A stretch of 47,655 nt of DNA from contig JBFMEZ010000011.1 in assembly GCA_040753215.1 (NCBI GenBank), positions 1-47,655 of the forward strand. Direction: 5' to 3'. Shown piece after piece: positions 37,411-47,413 of the stretch. The stretch is from Candidatus Micrarchaeota archaeon. Its GTDB lineage: Archaea > Micrarchaeota > Micrarchaeia > Anstonellales > Bilamarchaeaceae. The stretch's first letter is position 1. Each line of letters starts with the position of its first letter. The notes under the pieces were generated by a model that saw only the letters and a program-made list of their open reading frames with translations, did not search any database and had not been told where the DNA came from. The translations under genes were made by a program, and so were the position numbers.

Positions 37411-38799
37411 ATGAAAGAATACAAGACTGTCACTCAAATCGCGGGCCCGCTGGTTTTCGTTGAGAACGTTTCCGGCGTTGGGTATAACGAGCTTGTTGAG
37501 GTTACTCTCCCGAACGGGGAGAAGCAGAAGGGGCAGGTCCTGGATGTGAGTGAAAACGTCGCGGTCGTGCAGATTTTCGGTTCCACCTCCGGCCTGAACA
37601 CCACGAGCACTTCCGTGAAATTCCTAGGGGAAACCATGCGCCTCGGCGTTACCCAGGACATGCTCGGAAGAGTATTCTCCGGAATTGGCGAGCCGAAGGA
37701 CAAGAGCCCGAAGCCCGTCCCGGACGACCGCATAGACATAAACGGTGCCGCAATCAACCCGTACTCCAGGCAGGAGCCAAGGGACTTCATCCAGACCGGC
37801 ATCTCCACGATAGATGCGATGAACACCCTCGTGAGGGGGCAGAAGCTGCCTATTTTCTCCGCTTCCGGCCTTCCGCACAACCAGCTCGCGGTGCAGATTG
37901 CCCGCCAGGCAAAAGTAAAGGGAGGAAGCGAAAAGGAGAAGGAAGACTTCGCGGTCATTTTCGCTGCGGTCGGAATCACGAACGAAGAGGCATACTTCTT
38001 CATGAGGGACTTCGAGAAAACAGGCGCACTGGAGCGCGCGGTCCTTTTCCTGAACCTTGCGGATGACCCCTCGGTGGAGAGGCTCATTACCCCCAGGCTC
38101 GCGCTCACGACCGCGGAGTACCTCGCATTCGAGAAGGATATGCACGTGCTGGTCATCATCACGGACATGACCAACTACTGCGAGGCGCTGCGTGAGATTT
38201 CCTCTGCCCGGCAGGAGGTTCCTGGAAGGAGAGGCTACCCCGGTTACATGTACACCGACCTTTCCACCATCTACGAGCGTGCGGGAAGGGTCGTGGGCAA
38301 GAAGGGAACCGTTACCCAATTCCCAATCCTTACCATGCCCGCTGATGATATTACGCATCCTATCCCGGACCTCACCGGCTATATTACCGAGGGCCAAATC
38401 GTCCTGAGCAGGGAGCTGCACAGGAAGAACATCTACGCGCCGGTGGACCCGCTGCCTTCCCTCTCCAGGCTCATGAACCTGGGCATCGGAAAGGAGAGGA
38501 CAAGGGAGGACCACCGCGGAGTCTCGGACCAGCTTTACGCGGGCTACGCGAACGGAAGGGATTTGAGGAGCCTGAGCGCGGTGGTCGGCGAGGAATCCCT
38601 CACAGACACCGACAGGAAATACCTGCGCTTCGCGGACGAGTTCGAGAAGAAGTTCATCACCCAGGGCCCGTACGAGGACAGGAGCATAGAGCAGACCCTT
38701 GATTTGGGATGGGAGCTGCTTTCTTCCCTGCCCGAAGACGAGCTGAAGAGGGTGAAGAAGGAATTCATAGAAAAGTACGGGAGGAAATTCAGGAAGTAA
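37411..38799 (+). CDS. atpB: A-type ATP synthase subunit B
   Basis: [48 protein letters not shown]. Confidence 0.98.
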   Translation: MKEYKTVTQIAGPLVFVENVSGVGYNELVEVTLPNGEKQKGQVLDVSENVAVVQIFGSTSGLNTTSTSVKFLGETMRLGVTQDMLGRVFSGIGEPKDKSPKPVPDDRIDINGAAINPYSRQEPRDFIQTGISTIDAMNTLVRGQKLPIFSASGLPHNQLAVQIARQAKVKGGSEKEKEDFAVIFAAVGITNEEAYFFMRDFEKTGALERAVLFLNLADDPSVERLITPRLALTTAEYLAFEKDMHVLVIITDMTNYCEALREISSARQEVPGRRGYPGYMYTDLSTIYERAGRVVGKKGTVTQFPILTMPADDITHPIPDLTGYITEGQIVLSRELHRKNIYAPVDPLPSLSRLMNLGIGKERTREDHRGVSDQLYAGYANGRDLRSLSAVVGEESLTDTDRKYLRFADEFEKKFITQGPYEDRSIEQTLDLGWELLSSLPEDELKRVKKEFIEKYGRKFRK

Positions 38800-38806
38800 A
38801 TAGAGG

Positions 38807-39454
38807 ATGAAGAACATGGCAGAAAGGGCTAACCCGACTAGAATGGAGCTGCTCAAGACCAAGGCACGCATAAAGCTTGCCAGGAAGGGGCACAAGCTCC
38901 TCAAGCAGAAGAGGGACGCCCTCATCATGGAGTTCTTCAAAATCCTCGGGAAGGCGCGCGACCTCCGCGGAGAACTCAACGAACGCATGAAGCGCGCCTA
39001 CCGCACCCTCTCCAAAGCCCAGCAGCAGCACTCCACCTTCGAGCTGGAAGGGGTTGCGGCCGGAATGGAGAAGGAGCTCGGGCTCGGGGTGCACGTGCGC
39101 AACATCATGGGCGTGCGCATCCCGGAGATTACTTCCCAGTTTGAGAAGAAGCCATACCTTGAGAAGGGCTATTCCGTGATAGGTACGAGCGCAGCCATAG
39201 ATGCAGTAGTAGAGGATTTCGAGGAAGCGCTCAAAATAGCGATTACGCTCGCCGAAACCGAGACCGCAATCCGCCGCCTAATCCTGGAAATAGAGAAGAC
39301 AAAGAGGCGCGTGAATGCCCTGGAGTTCGTCCTCCTTCCTAAAATGGAAAAGCAGAAGACCGACATCACGATGCGCCTGGAGGAAGGCGAGAGGGACTCG
39401 TTCGTAAGCCTCAAGGTAATCAAGAGAAGGCTCGAGAAAGAGGGCGCTTCCTGA
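38807..39454 (+). CDS. atpD: A-type ATP synthase subunit D
   Basis: PTRMELL, GHKLLKQKRDAL, TKRRVNALE. Confidence 0.96.
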   Translation: MKNMAERANPTRMELLKTKARIKLARKGHKLLKQKRDALIMEFFKILGKARDLRGELNERMKRAYRTLSKAQQQHSTFELEGVAAGMEKELGLGVHVRNIMGVRIPEITSQFEKKPYLEKGYSVIGTSAAIDAVVEDFEEALKIAITLAETETAIRRLILEIEKTKRRVNALEFVLLPKMEKQKTDITMRLEEGERDSFVSLKVIKRRLEKEGAS

Positions 39455-39918
39455 TGCGCAAAAGGTCTATTCCAAAGAGGGAAATCCGCGACCTGAATTC
39501 CAAAATCCAATTCTTCCAGCTGGATGTAAAAGCCACAGTAGAAATAGTAGAGGATACTCGGGGTACAATTATTCTTCAGGAAGGAGAACCGGTATTGTTG
39601 TTGCACCAGGGAAGCTGGTTCCCCACCCTCCAGGCCCTGAACAAGAATAATCCCCTGAAGAAAATTACCGTGGACATGGGAGCAATCCCCTATGTGTGCG
39701 CAGGGGCGGACGTGATGCGTCCGGGAATAAAAAATATAGAAGAAGGGATTGCGAAAGATGCTCCCGTTGCAATAATAGATGAGAAATATGGCAAGATTCT
39801 CGCGGTTGGTATCTCCTTGTTCAATTCCGGAGAAATGAGTAAAATGGAAAAAGGAAAAGCGGTAAAAAATCTCAATTATGTGGGCGACTGGATCTGGAAT
39901 TTCAATAAGCAGCCCTAA
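39454..39918 (+). CDS. PUA domain RNA-binding protein (MCT-1/Tma20-like)
   Basis: TVDMGAIPYVCAGADVMRPGI, KGKAVKNLNYVGDWIW. Confidence 0.88.
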   Translation: MRKRSIPKREIRDLNSKIQFFQLDVKATVEIVEDTRGTIILQEGEPVLLLHQGSWFPTLQALNKNNPLKKITVDMGAIPYVCAGADVMRPGIKNIEEGIAKDAPVAIIDEKYGKILAVGISLFNSGEMSKMEKGKAVKNLNYVGDWIWNFNKQP

Positions 39919-40256
39919 CGCGGCATGCGGCCCCTGTTCAGGAGTCTGTCCCCGGTCCTCTCCGCTTTGCGCTCACCCGAGCAAGGGGACGGGCACCGCG
40001 CCGGCCCGCCAATCCTGCCGGACCTCGCCCGTTGCACGGCCCTGAAAATGTCCTGCATTCTCTCCCCGCAGTCTTCTCCGCGAAGTCTCATCTCTGCCGC
40101 AAGTTCCAGGGCTACTCTCTCAGTCCCGCTCGGCGACCAGCGTGCCACTACGTCTATATCCCCCTTGGTTTTGGGCAGATCGGCAGGATTATCGCATCTG
40201 AGATGCTGGCCTACGAACATCGCTATCGACTCTCTGTCTATATCGACCTCCCCCAT
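39915..40256 (-). CDS. Hypothetical protein
   Basis: Probable start MGEVDID, downstream of a TATATAAA box at ~40279-40286. Basic/Pro-rich tail. Confidence 0.5.
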   Translation of the reverse strand: MGEVDIDRESIAMFVGQHLRCDNPADLPKTKGDIDVVARWSPSGTERVALELAAEMRLRGEDCGERMQDIFRAVQRARSGRIGGPARCPSPCSGERKAERTGDRLLNRGRMPR

Positions 40257-40351
40257 AGATAAATTGTGGTTCAACATATTTATATATGTTTTGCTTTTCA
40301 GCACAAACCTGCTGAAATACCTTTTAATTCCTTGTTCGCACATCTCTCCAC

Positions 40352-42157
40352 ATGTTCCTTAAGGCAAAGACCGAAATAGCGAAAATCATATCCGATGCGT
40401 CCGGCCTTTCCGAAGAAGAGGCATTCTCTTCGCTTGAGATGCCAAAAGGAGAATTTGGCGACCTCGCATGCAAGGCGGCATTCCTGCTCGCTCCATGGCA
40501 GAAGAAAAATCCTGCCCAGATCGCTTCGGAACTGATCCCGATGCTTAAGCCGCACAAGTGGGTTGAGAAGGTAGAGGCAGCAGGCCCGTACATAAATTTC
40601 TTCTTCACCGAAAAATTCTATGCAGATGCGCTAAAGGACATCCTGGAAAAAGGGAAATCATACGGGGAAGGAAGGAAGAAAGGGAAAGCAATTGTGGAGT
40701 TCCCCTCCGTGAACCCGAACAAGCCCTGGCATGCGGGGCATCTCAGGAACGCTATTCTGGGAGACTCCGTTGCCCGCGTGCTCGCGCATGCGGGATGGAG
40801 CGTGGAATCAATAGACTATATAGATGATTTGGGCCTCCAGGTCGCACAATCGCTATGGGGCTATATGCACCTGGGCAACAAGCCCGAGGGAAAGTTCGAC
40901 CACTGGATAGGGATGCAATACGTGGAAGTAGCGAAAAGAATGGAAACGGATGCAAGGGTTCAGGCAGAGGCCCGCGAAATCCTGAAAAAAATGGAAGAGG
41001 GCAACAATGAAATCTCAAAAAAGGCCCGCTGGCTCGCGGAAGAGTGCGTAAAGGCGCAGTACGAAACCGATTTCTCCTATTCAATCTTCCATGATGCCCT
41101 GATTTTCGAAAGCGACATCGTGCACATAATCTTCCAGGAGGGCCTTTCCCTTCTCAAGTCCAGCAACGCAATCGTCCTGGAGAAGGAGGGGAAGAACGCG
41201 GGCTGCTGGGTCGTGAAGCTGGGCGAGAAGTTCCAGAAGATGCAGGACCCAGACAAAATCCTCATAAGGAGCGATGGGACTGCGACTTATACCGGAAAGG
41301 ATTTGATTTTCCAGCTCTGGAAGCTTGGGAAATTGAAAGGGAAATTCAAATATAAGACATTCATAAAGCAGCCGAACGGAAAAGAGGCATTTGCAACCGG
41401 GGGCGCAGCCCCGAAGCCTTTCGGAAACGCGGGCATGGTCGTGAATGTAATAGGCTCGGAGCAGATTTATCCCCAGGAAGTCATTAGGGAGGTGCTAGTC
41501 CGCCTCGGGTTTGAAGAAGAGGCCGCGCACTACATCCATCTTGCGCATGAGCACGTAACCCTTCCCGAAGAGAAGCTTTCCGGAAGGACGGGCACCTGGA
41601 AGGGTTACACCGCGGATGAATTGCTGGAAGAATCCATGCGCAGGGCGAAGGAAAAAATCTCCAAGGATGTGCCGGAGAATGAGAAGGATGCGATCGCCCG
41701 TGCGGTCGGGGAAGGGGCAATCCGCTATTCATTCGTGCGCACCACCCCTGAAAAGAAACTCGTGTTCAAATGGGAGGAGGCGCTCTCCCTTGAGGGCAAT
41801 TCCGGCCCGTACCTCCAGTATGCTTACGTAAGGGCAATAAAAATAATGGAAAAAGCAGAGGATAAACCGGTGATTTCAGCAAAATACGCATTCCAGCCCG
41901 AAGAAAAGAAGCTCATCCGGGAATTGTGCGCCTTCCCAGAATTAGTAGAAAAATCCGCATCCGCATTCCGCCCGCACCTTATCGCGGACTATTCCTACAT
42001 GCTCTCGGAACTATTCAGCAAATTCTATACCTTGCATCCAGTACTGAAGGCAGAAAAGGATGTGAGGAAAACACGGCTCGCAATCGCAAAGTCCTTTGAA
42101 ACCGTGCTGGGGAACTCGCTCACGCTCCTTGGAATGCCGCTTCCGGAAAAGATGTAG
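40352..42157 (+). CDS. argS: Arginyl-tRNA synthetase
   Basis: SVNPNKPWHAGHLRN, RSDGTATY, LSGRTG, EGNSGPYLQYAYVR, LLGMPLPEKM. Confidence 0.96.
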   Translation: MFLKAKTEIAKIISDASGLSEEEAFSSLEMPKGEFGDLACKAAFLLAPWQKKNPAQIASELIPMLKPHKWVEKVEAAGPYINFFFTEKFYADALKDILEKGKSYGEGRKKGKAIVEFPSVNPNKPWHAGHLRNAILGDSVARVLAHAGWSVESIDYIDDLGLQVAQSLWGYMHLGNKPEGKFDHWIGMQYVEVAKRMETDARVQAEAREILKKMEEGNNEISKKARWLAEECVKAQYETDFSYSIFHDALIFESDIVHIIFQEGLSLLKSSNAIVLEKEGKNAGCWVVKLGEKFQKMQDPDKILIRSDGTATYTGKDLIFQLWKLGKLKGKFKYKTFIKQPNGKEAFATGGAAPKPFGNAGMVVNVIGSEQIYPQEVIREVLVRLGFEEEAAHYIHLAHEHVTLPEEKLSGRTGTWKGYTADELLEESMRRAKEKISKDVPENEKDAIARAVGEGAIRYSFVRTTPEKKLVFKWEEALSLEGNSGPYLQYAYVRAIKIMEKAEDKPVISAKYAFQPEEKKLIRELCAFPELVEKSASAFRPHLIADYSYMLSELFSKFYTLHPVLKAEKDVRKTRLAIAKSFETVLGNSLTLLGMPLPEKM

Positions 42158-42898
42158 TCAGCCCCTTATCCACGCCAGAATGGCTTCCGGCTCCTTCTTC
42201 AGACCAAAAAAAGCAAAGTACTTCAAAATATTCCGCACATCCCTTTCCAGATAATACCCCGCCTTCCTGTGCCCCTTTGCGACGCCCTGCCCCCAATCAA
42301 TCAGATACGGCGGCCCTTCCCACACCATTATGTTGTATTCGCTCAAATCCGCATGCACCAGCCCCGCATTGTATAATTTCTTCACATCCTCAAGAATGCT
42401 CTCCAGGTCCCCCTCAGCCGGCCCCACATCGCTCATCAGCGGATATGCCTTTCCCTCCCTTCCGAGGAATTCCATAACTATTACATTTTTCTCAAGGAAT
42501 ATCGGCTTGGGCGCATGCACACCTGCCCTCTCGCAGACCTGCAAATTTTTGAACTCCTTCTGAGCAAAAGCGAAAACCAAATCCCGCTCCCTCCCGCGGA
42601 ACTTCTTGAACCTCGGGTCCCCCTCCAGATATTCCTTTCTTCTCAAAAAATGCGTAGTCTCAATCTTGTAAATCTTCACAGCAACGCTCTGCCCGGAGGG
42701 AGTGGTCGCCAAAAAGACGTTCGCTTCCTTCCCTGTGGAAATCGGATACTCCATCCTGCTTATTACGCCCTTCTGCATTATTCTGGCAAGCGAGAGCAGC
42801 GTCGCCTTGTCAAACACTTCGCTCTCAATCTTGCCCCTTTCCCTGAAAAGAAATTCCTCCTTCGGGGGCCTTTTCCTTGCAGAAACCTTCCTGGCCAT
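42158..42898 (-). CDS. rio1: RIO1 family Ser/Thr kinase
   Basis: ISTGKEANVF, AVKIY, LVHADLSEYNI, IDWGQ. Confidence 0.93.
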   Translation of the reverse strand: MARKVSARKRPPKEEFLFRERGKIESEVFDKATLLSLARIMQKGVISRMEYPISTGKEANVFLATTPSGQSVAVKIYKIETTHFLRRKEYLEGDPRFKKFRGRERDLVFAFAQKEFKNLQVCERAGVHAPKPIFLEKNVIVMEFLGREGKAYPLMSDVGPAEGDLESILEDVKKLYNAGLVHADLSEYNIMVWEGPPYLIDWGQGVAKGHRKAGYYLERDVRNILKYFAFFGLKKEPEAILAWIRG

Positions 42899-42902
42899 AT
42901 CC

Positions 42903-43199
42903 CTATACCTTGAGGAGCCCTTTCTTCCTCAGAATAGAGGTCTCAAGGGGGCCGTATCTCCATACTATATCCGCCTTCTTCTCCCCTTCCACCGCCCAGG
43001 GCATCACTGCAACAGCATCCCCTTCCTTCACCCAGATCTTCTTCTTCATCTTCCCCGGGATGCGGCACATCCTTTCCTTCCCGTCGTTGCAGAGCACGGT
43101 CATCCTGCTCCCGCCCATCAATCCGGTGACCACGCCGAGTATTTCGCCTTCGCGCGGGAAGCGCACCCTCGCCGGCTGCTCGGGAATGGGCTCGGTCAT
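42903..43199 (-). CDS. eif1a: Translation initiation factor aIF-1A
   Basis: RMCRIPGKMKKKIWVKEGD, KADIVWRY. Confidence 0.95.
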   Translation of the reverse strand: MTEPIPEQPARVRFPREGEILGVVTGLMGGSRMTVLCNDGKERMCRIPGKMKKKIWVKEGDAVAVMPWAVEGEKKADIVWRYGPLETSILRKKGLLKV

Positions 43200-43600
43200 T
43201 TGACCACGCTCCTAGCGCCGCATGCCTCGCACACGAGCGTCCTGGCCCTTCCTCCGGCCTCATGGATTATGTGCGTGTCCGGCTTGCCGCACTGCCTGCA
43301 GATGACGTGGCCCTTCACATATTCCTCAAACTTCTTGTTCACCACTTCGGCCCTAAGCTTCCTGTGCAGGATGAGCCTTTCCCCCTCCACCGTGGCGGGC
43401 ACCGCCAGCTCCTTGCTGAGGAATTTCGCCATCTCGTCCGGCATCCTTCTCACTTTGCCGGCCGCTGCCTGGAAATTCTTCACGATGGTTTTGTTCCCCT
43501 CATTGAAGCAGTCCAGCACCGGAATCTCGAAGCGCTCGCCGCCCCTGCTCTTCTCGGGCAGCTTTGCGTACGCTTCTTCCAAAAGCTCTTCGTAGCCCAT
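43196..43600 (-). CDS. eif2b: Translation initiation factor 2 beta subunit
   Basis: YEELLEEAY, RFEIP, CRQCGKPDT, CEACGA. Confidence 0.95.
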   Translation of the reverse strand: MGYEELLEEAYAKLPEKSRGGERFEIPVLDCFNEGNKTIVKNFQAAAGKVRRMPDEMAKFLSKELAVPATVEGERLILHRKLRAEVVNKKFEEYVKGHVICRQCGKPDTHIIHEAGGRARTLVCEACGARSVVK

Positions 43601-43646
43601 CCTATCAACGCTCTTCTATGCCGTCAGCAGCTTATAAATCTTGCCC

Positions 43647-44906
43647 CTAAGTCCCTTCTTGCCAGCTGTGCAGGTATTTTCTCTGCTCCGGGGTAAGCGC
43701 ATCTATTCTCACTCCCATCGCATCCAGCTGCAGCCTTGCAATCTCATCATCAATCTCCGCAGGGAGCGTAATAACCTTAGCAGGCAGCTTTCCCTTGTTC
43801 TTCACAAGGTATGCGCATGCGAGCGACTGCCCGGCAAAGGAGGTGGCCATCACTTCCGAGGGATGCCCCTCGGCCGCAGCAAGGTTCACCAGCCTCCCCT
43901 CCGCGCAAACATAAATCTTCTTCCCACCCAGCGCATACTCCTCCAGGGAAGGCCTGACCCTCTTTTTCTTCGCCGCCTTCCCCAGCGCCTCCAAATCCAG
44001 CTCCACATTGAAATGCCCGGAGTTGGCGAGCACCGCCCCGTCCTTCATCCTCTTCATGTGCTCCAGCCCGATCACGTGCTTGTCTCCCGTAACGGTGATG
44101 AAGATGTCCCCGGCCGCGGCCGCCTCCATCATCGGCATCACCCTATACCCATCCAGAGTTGCCTGCATCGCCCTGAAGGGGTCGACTTCAGTGACCACTA
44201 CATTTGCCCCCATCCCCTTCGCCCTCAGAGAAACCCCCTTGCCGCAATCCCCATACCCGCACACCACTACAGTCTTTCCGGCAAAAAGTATGTTGCTTGC
44301 GCGGAGCATCCCGTCTATCGTGCTCTGCCCGGTCCCGTAATAATTGTCCAGGAGATGCTTGGTTTTATTGTCATTGACCGCAATCATCGGGTATTTCAAA
44401 ACCCCGTCCCTCTCCATCGCGCGCAGCCGCATTATTCCGGTGGTGGTTTCCTCGCACCCCCCAATTACTCCCTTAAGCAGTTCCGGCCTCTTCGTGTGTA
44501 TCCAGGTAACCAGGTCCCCCCCATCATCTATAGTAATGTTCGGCTTATAGGAAAGCACCTTGTCTATATACCGGTAATAGTCATCCGTGCCCTCCCCCTT
44601 GTACGCAAAGACCGCCACCCCCTCTTTTGCAAGGGCCGCAGCAACATCATCCTGGGTGGAAAGCGGGTTGCAGCCCGTAATCGCAACCTTGGCGCCGCCT
44701 GCGCGCAGTGTGCGCACAAGCACGGCCGTCTCCTTCGTCACATGGAGCGCAAGCCCCACCGTAATCCCTGCAAAGGTTTTCTCCTTCGCAAACCGCGCAG
44801 CAAGGGTTTTCATTATGGGCATATGCTTCTCCGCCCATTCGACATTGAGCATCCCCTGCTCCGCGAGGGAAATGTCCTTCACCTCATAATCCTTCCCGGA
44901 ATCCAT
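43647..44906 (-). CDS. ahcY: Adenosylhomocysteinase
   Basis: CNPLSTQD, DDGGDL, EETTTG, DNYYGTGQS, GYGDCGKG, GRLVNLAAAEGHP. Confidence 0.97.
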   Translation of the reverse strand: MDSGKDYEVKDISLAEQGMLNVEWAEKHMPIMKTLAARFAKEKTFAGITVGLALHVTKETAVLVRTLRAGGAKVAITGCNPLSTQDDVAAALAKEGVAVFAYKGEGTDDYYRYIDKVLSYKPNITIDDGGDLVTWIHTKRPELLKGVIGGCEETTTGIMRLRAMERDGVLKYPMIAVNDNKTKHLLDNYYGTGQSTIDGMLRASNILFAGKTVVVCGYGDCGKGVSLRAKGMGANVVVTEVDPFRAMQATLDGYRVMPMMEAAAAGDIFITVTGDKHVIGLEHMKRMKDGAVLANSGHFNVELDLEALGKAAKKKRVRPSLEEYALGGKKIYVCAEGRLVNLAAAEGHPSEVMATSFAGQSLACAYLVKNKGKLPAKVITLPAEIDDEIARLQLDAMGVRIDALTPEQRKYLHSWQEGT

Positions 44907-44971
44907 GGAATACACCTGATAGAATTCAGGAGTATTAAGAAAAAGAAGGTTTTAATAGTGCGCCCCGCAGC

Positions 44972-45355
44972 TCAGAGCCTTGCAACCGCCCTTTCAGCCG
45001 AAGGAATCTTCGCAAGAGGCGGTTTCCATCTGTTTTCCCCCGGAGCCCTCCCCAGCACACGGCAGGCAGCTGCCCTCACTTCTTCAAGCTGGGAATTTGC
45101 TAAGTGTATAAGCCTGAGGTCCTGGCCATGCTCAGCAGCATATCTCACAAGTTCCAGCCCTGCCTCAACCCTTATTTCTCTCGGGAGTGAGGGATTGCAA
45201 TAAACATTTTGCTCGAGCTTTTTGGAATCGCCGGCTTTCACATACTCCTGGATAGCTTTCCTCCCGGCCCTGAGCCTGAGTTCATGGGGGTTTCTTTCGT
45301 CCGCTGCCCTGTTCAGCAGCGCCCCGTTTGTTATCCCGTTAAGTTCGTCTTCCAT
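44972..45355 (-). CDS. Hypothetical helical (HEAT-like) protein
   Basis: 127-aa ORF, EVRAAACRVLG. Divergent TATA region at 45378-45400. Confidence 0.6.
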   Translation of the reverse strand: MEDELNGITNGALLNRAADERNPHELRLRAGRKAIQEYVKAGDSKKLEQNVYCNPSLPREIRVEAGLELVRYAAEHGQDLRLIHLANSQLEEVRAAACRVLGRAPGENRWKPPLAKIPSAERAVARL

Positions 45356-45407
45356 AAATATAATGTGTGTGAAAACATTTAAAAATGTGTGTTATTAATA
45401 TACATGC

Positions 45408-46100
45408 ATGGCCGGACCACAATTATTGCCAGGACACGCCTTGCGCACCGAACTCCGCAGGAACCCATTCAGGCCAATCCTTCTGGAAGACCTGCGTTTG
45501 CTCAGGGATGTCGTTGCTCGTGAGCGGCCGGACCTGCAGCAGATTGTTGAAAGCAGGTCGATCCGCATCTCCGAAACTGGCTATAGGACGCTTTATGAGA
45601 ATACATTTGCTTTCACAAACACTGATGGAAAAACCAATCTTGCTTTGCTTGAAACCAGCTTCCGCGTCCTTCCGGACGGCTCCCTCAAATTTCCTGAAAA
45701 GTTCCTTACCCACGCGCGCATCCTGAGGAAATTCCTGGGGCATGGCCTGGGAATGGTGCTTGCCGAAGCTTGCGAGTCCATGGATGCGAGAGGGAAGGAA
45801 AGAGGCTTCGACCCGCATTTGTTGAGCGATCTGGGGCGTGCATTTTCCCTGAAGGGGGCGATAGACAGGTTTTTCTATGAAGGGGGTGCATTCGACTTCC
45901 TCTCCGCAAGAGAAATCAGGCTCATGGATGACCTGGTGCCTGCGGCCAATCCTTACGCGTTTATTTATGATGGCGGTTTCCCGGTGCATACTGAAGTGCC
46001 GCATTCCAGGGGATGCTGCCATACCCATCATGTAATCCACACCGTTCCGGATTTGTATTTTCCTTCCATCATGGACTTTCCGAAAAAAAGGAAAACGTAA
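45408..46100 (+). CDS. Hypothetical protein, possibly frameshifted (may continue to 46285)
   Basis: 230-aa ORF ending just after an A7 run. The overlapping -1 frame stays open to 46285. Confidence 0.55.
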   Translation: MAGPQLLPGHALRTELRRNPFRPILLEDLRLLRDVVARERPDLQQIVESRSIRISETGYRTLYENTFAFTNTDGKTNLALLETSFRVLPDGSLKFPEKFLTHARILRKFLGHGLGMVLAEACESMDARGKERGFDPHLLSDLGRAFSLKGAIDRFFYEGGAFDFLSAREIRLMDDLVPAANPYAFIYDGGFPVHTEVPHSRGCCHTHHVIHTVPDLYFPSIMDFPKKRKT

Positions 46101-46281
46101 CCGTTTTCTGGGCAGTTATCGATACCGGTTTCATAAAAGCGATTCTTGGCGATGCTGCCATTCCGCACGGGGAGAAAATCAGGCGCATCGTCGACCACCA
46201 TGTGGAAGGGATGAGGCAGGCGGTTTGCGTGGGCGTAACTCTGGCCATAGACAAGGGCATGCTTGCCATAATCCGGGAAGT

Positions 46282-47322
46282 TTAATCCCTTATCGGATGC
46301 GCCTTCCAGTATTCCTTTATGTCATTCACAAAGTACAGCTTCTCCCCGCACTCCGGGCATTTTCCATCCTTCGTAACCCTATTCTCCAATACGGAGAACC
46401 CGAACCTCCTCACCACTTTTTCCCCGCATTTCGGGCAATAAGTGCTCTCCGTCTCCTCATCCTGCCTGTTTCCCGTATAGGCATAATGCAGGCCCTCCTG
46501 CAGCGCAATCTCCCGCGCCCTGCGCAAAATCTCCAGGCTGGTGGGAGGGGTATCCATCATGAAGTTCGCAGGGAAAAACCCTATGAAATGCACCGGAATC
46601 CTCGGGTCCAAATCATAAACCCACTTGCTCATCGCCCTCAGGTCGTCCTCATCGTCGTTCCATCCGGGAATCACCAGGTTAATGAGTTCTATGTGCTGGA
46701 TTTTGTGCAGCTCCTTTATGCTCTGCAAAACATATTCCAGGATAACATCCCCGCACAGTTCCTTATACACTTTGTCATGGAAGCCCTTCAGGTCAATCCG
46801 CGAAGCATCAATCCTGCCGCGCATCTCCCTGATTGCTGCCGAAGTCATGTACCCGTTCGTGACAAAAGTGCTGAATTTCCCGTCCCTGTGCAGGAGTTTC
46901 GCCGTATCCAGCGCATACTCCATGAACACGGTTGGTTCGGTATAGGTATATGCCGCGCCCGGGATGCCCTGGTTCCAGCATATTTCCTTCACCCTCTCGG
47001 GAGGCAGGTCTTCCCCCATAATTCCTGTGTATGCTTGTGATATTTCCCAATTTTGACAAAATCTGCAACGGTAATTGCAACCAACCGTCGCAAAAGAGAA
47101 CAATTCCGTCCCGGGCATGAAGTGGTAGAAGGGCTTCTTCTCTATGGGGTCCACTTCCGCGGCAATCGCCTTCCCGTAGGTCAATGCGTAAAGTCTCCCC
47201 TTCCGGTTCTCCCTTATCCTGCAGTAACCCCGCTCCCCGTCCTTTATCCTGCACAGCCTGTAGCAAAGATAACACTGCACCTCCTTTCCCGGCATCCCCT
47301 TCCAGAGAACCGCTTCCTTCAT
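46282..47322 (-). CDS. amrS: AmmeMemoRadiSam system radical SAM enzyme
   Basis: CYLCYRLC..G.C, DPIEKKPFYHF, GCNYRCRFCQNWEISQ, YTYTEP, TNGY, TYCPKCG. Confidence 0.92.
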   Translation of the reverse strand: MKEAVLWKGMPGKEVQCYLCYRLCRIKDGERGYCRIRENRKGRLYALTYGKAIAAEVDPIEKKPFYHFMPGTELFSFATVGCNYRCRFCQNWEISQAYTGIMGEDLPPERVKEICWNQGIPGAAYTYTEPTVFMEYALDTAKLLHRDGKFSTFVTNGYMTSAAIREMRGRIDASRIDLKGFHDKVYKELCGDVILEYVLQSIKELHKIQHIELINLVIPGWNDDEDDLRAMSKWVYDLDPRIPVHFIGFFPANFMMDTPPTSLEILRRAREIALQEGLHYAYTGNRQDEETESTYCPKCGEKVVRRFGFSVLENRVTKDGKCPECGEKLYFVNDIKEYWKAHPIRD

Positions 47323-47413
47323 GGGGAATCAATAACCGGCAAACTTAATTAGCTTTATCTCGCATGCTCTTGTTTAGGGTGTTGCAAATTTAAAACCGAT
47401 GCCAATTAGTTGT

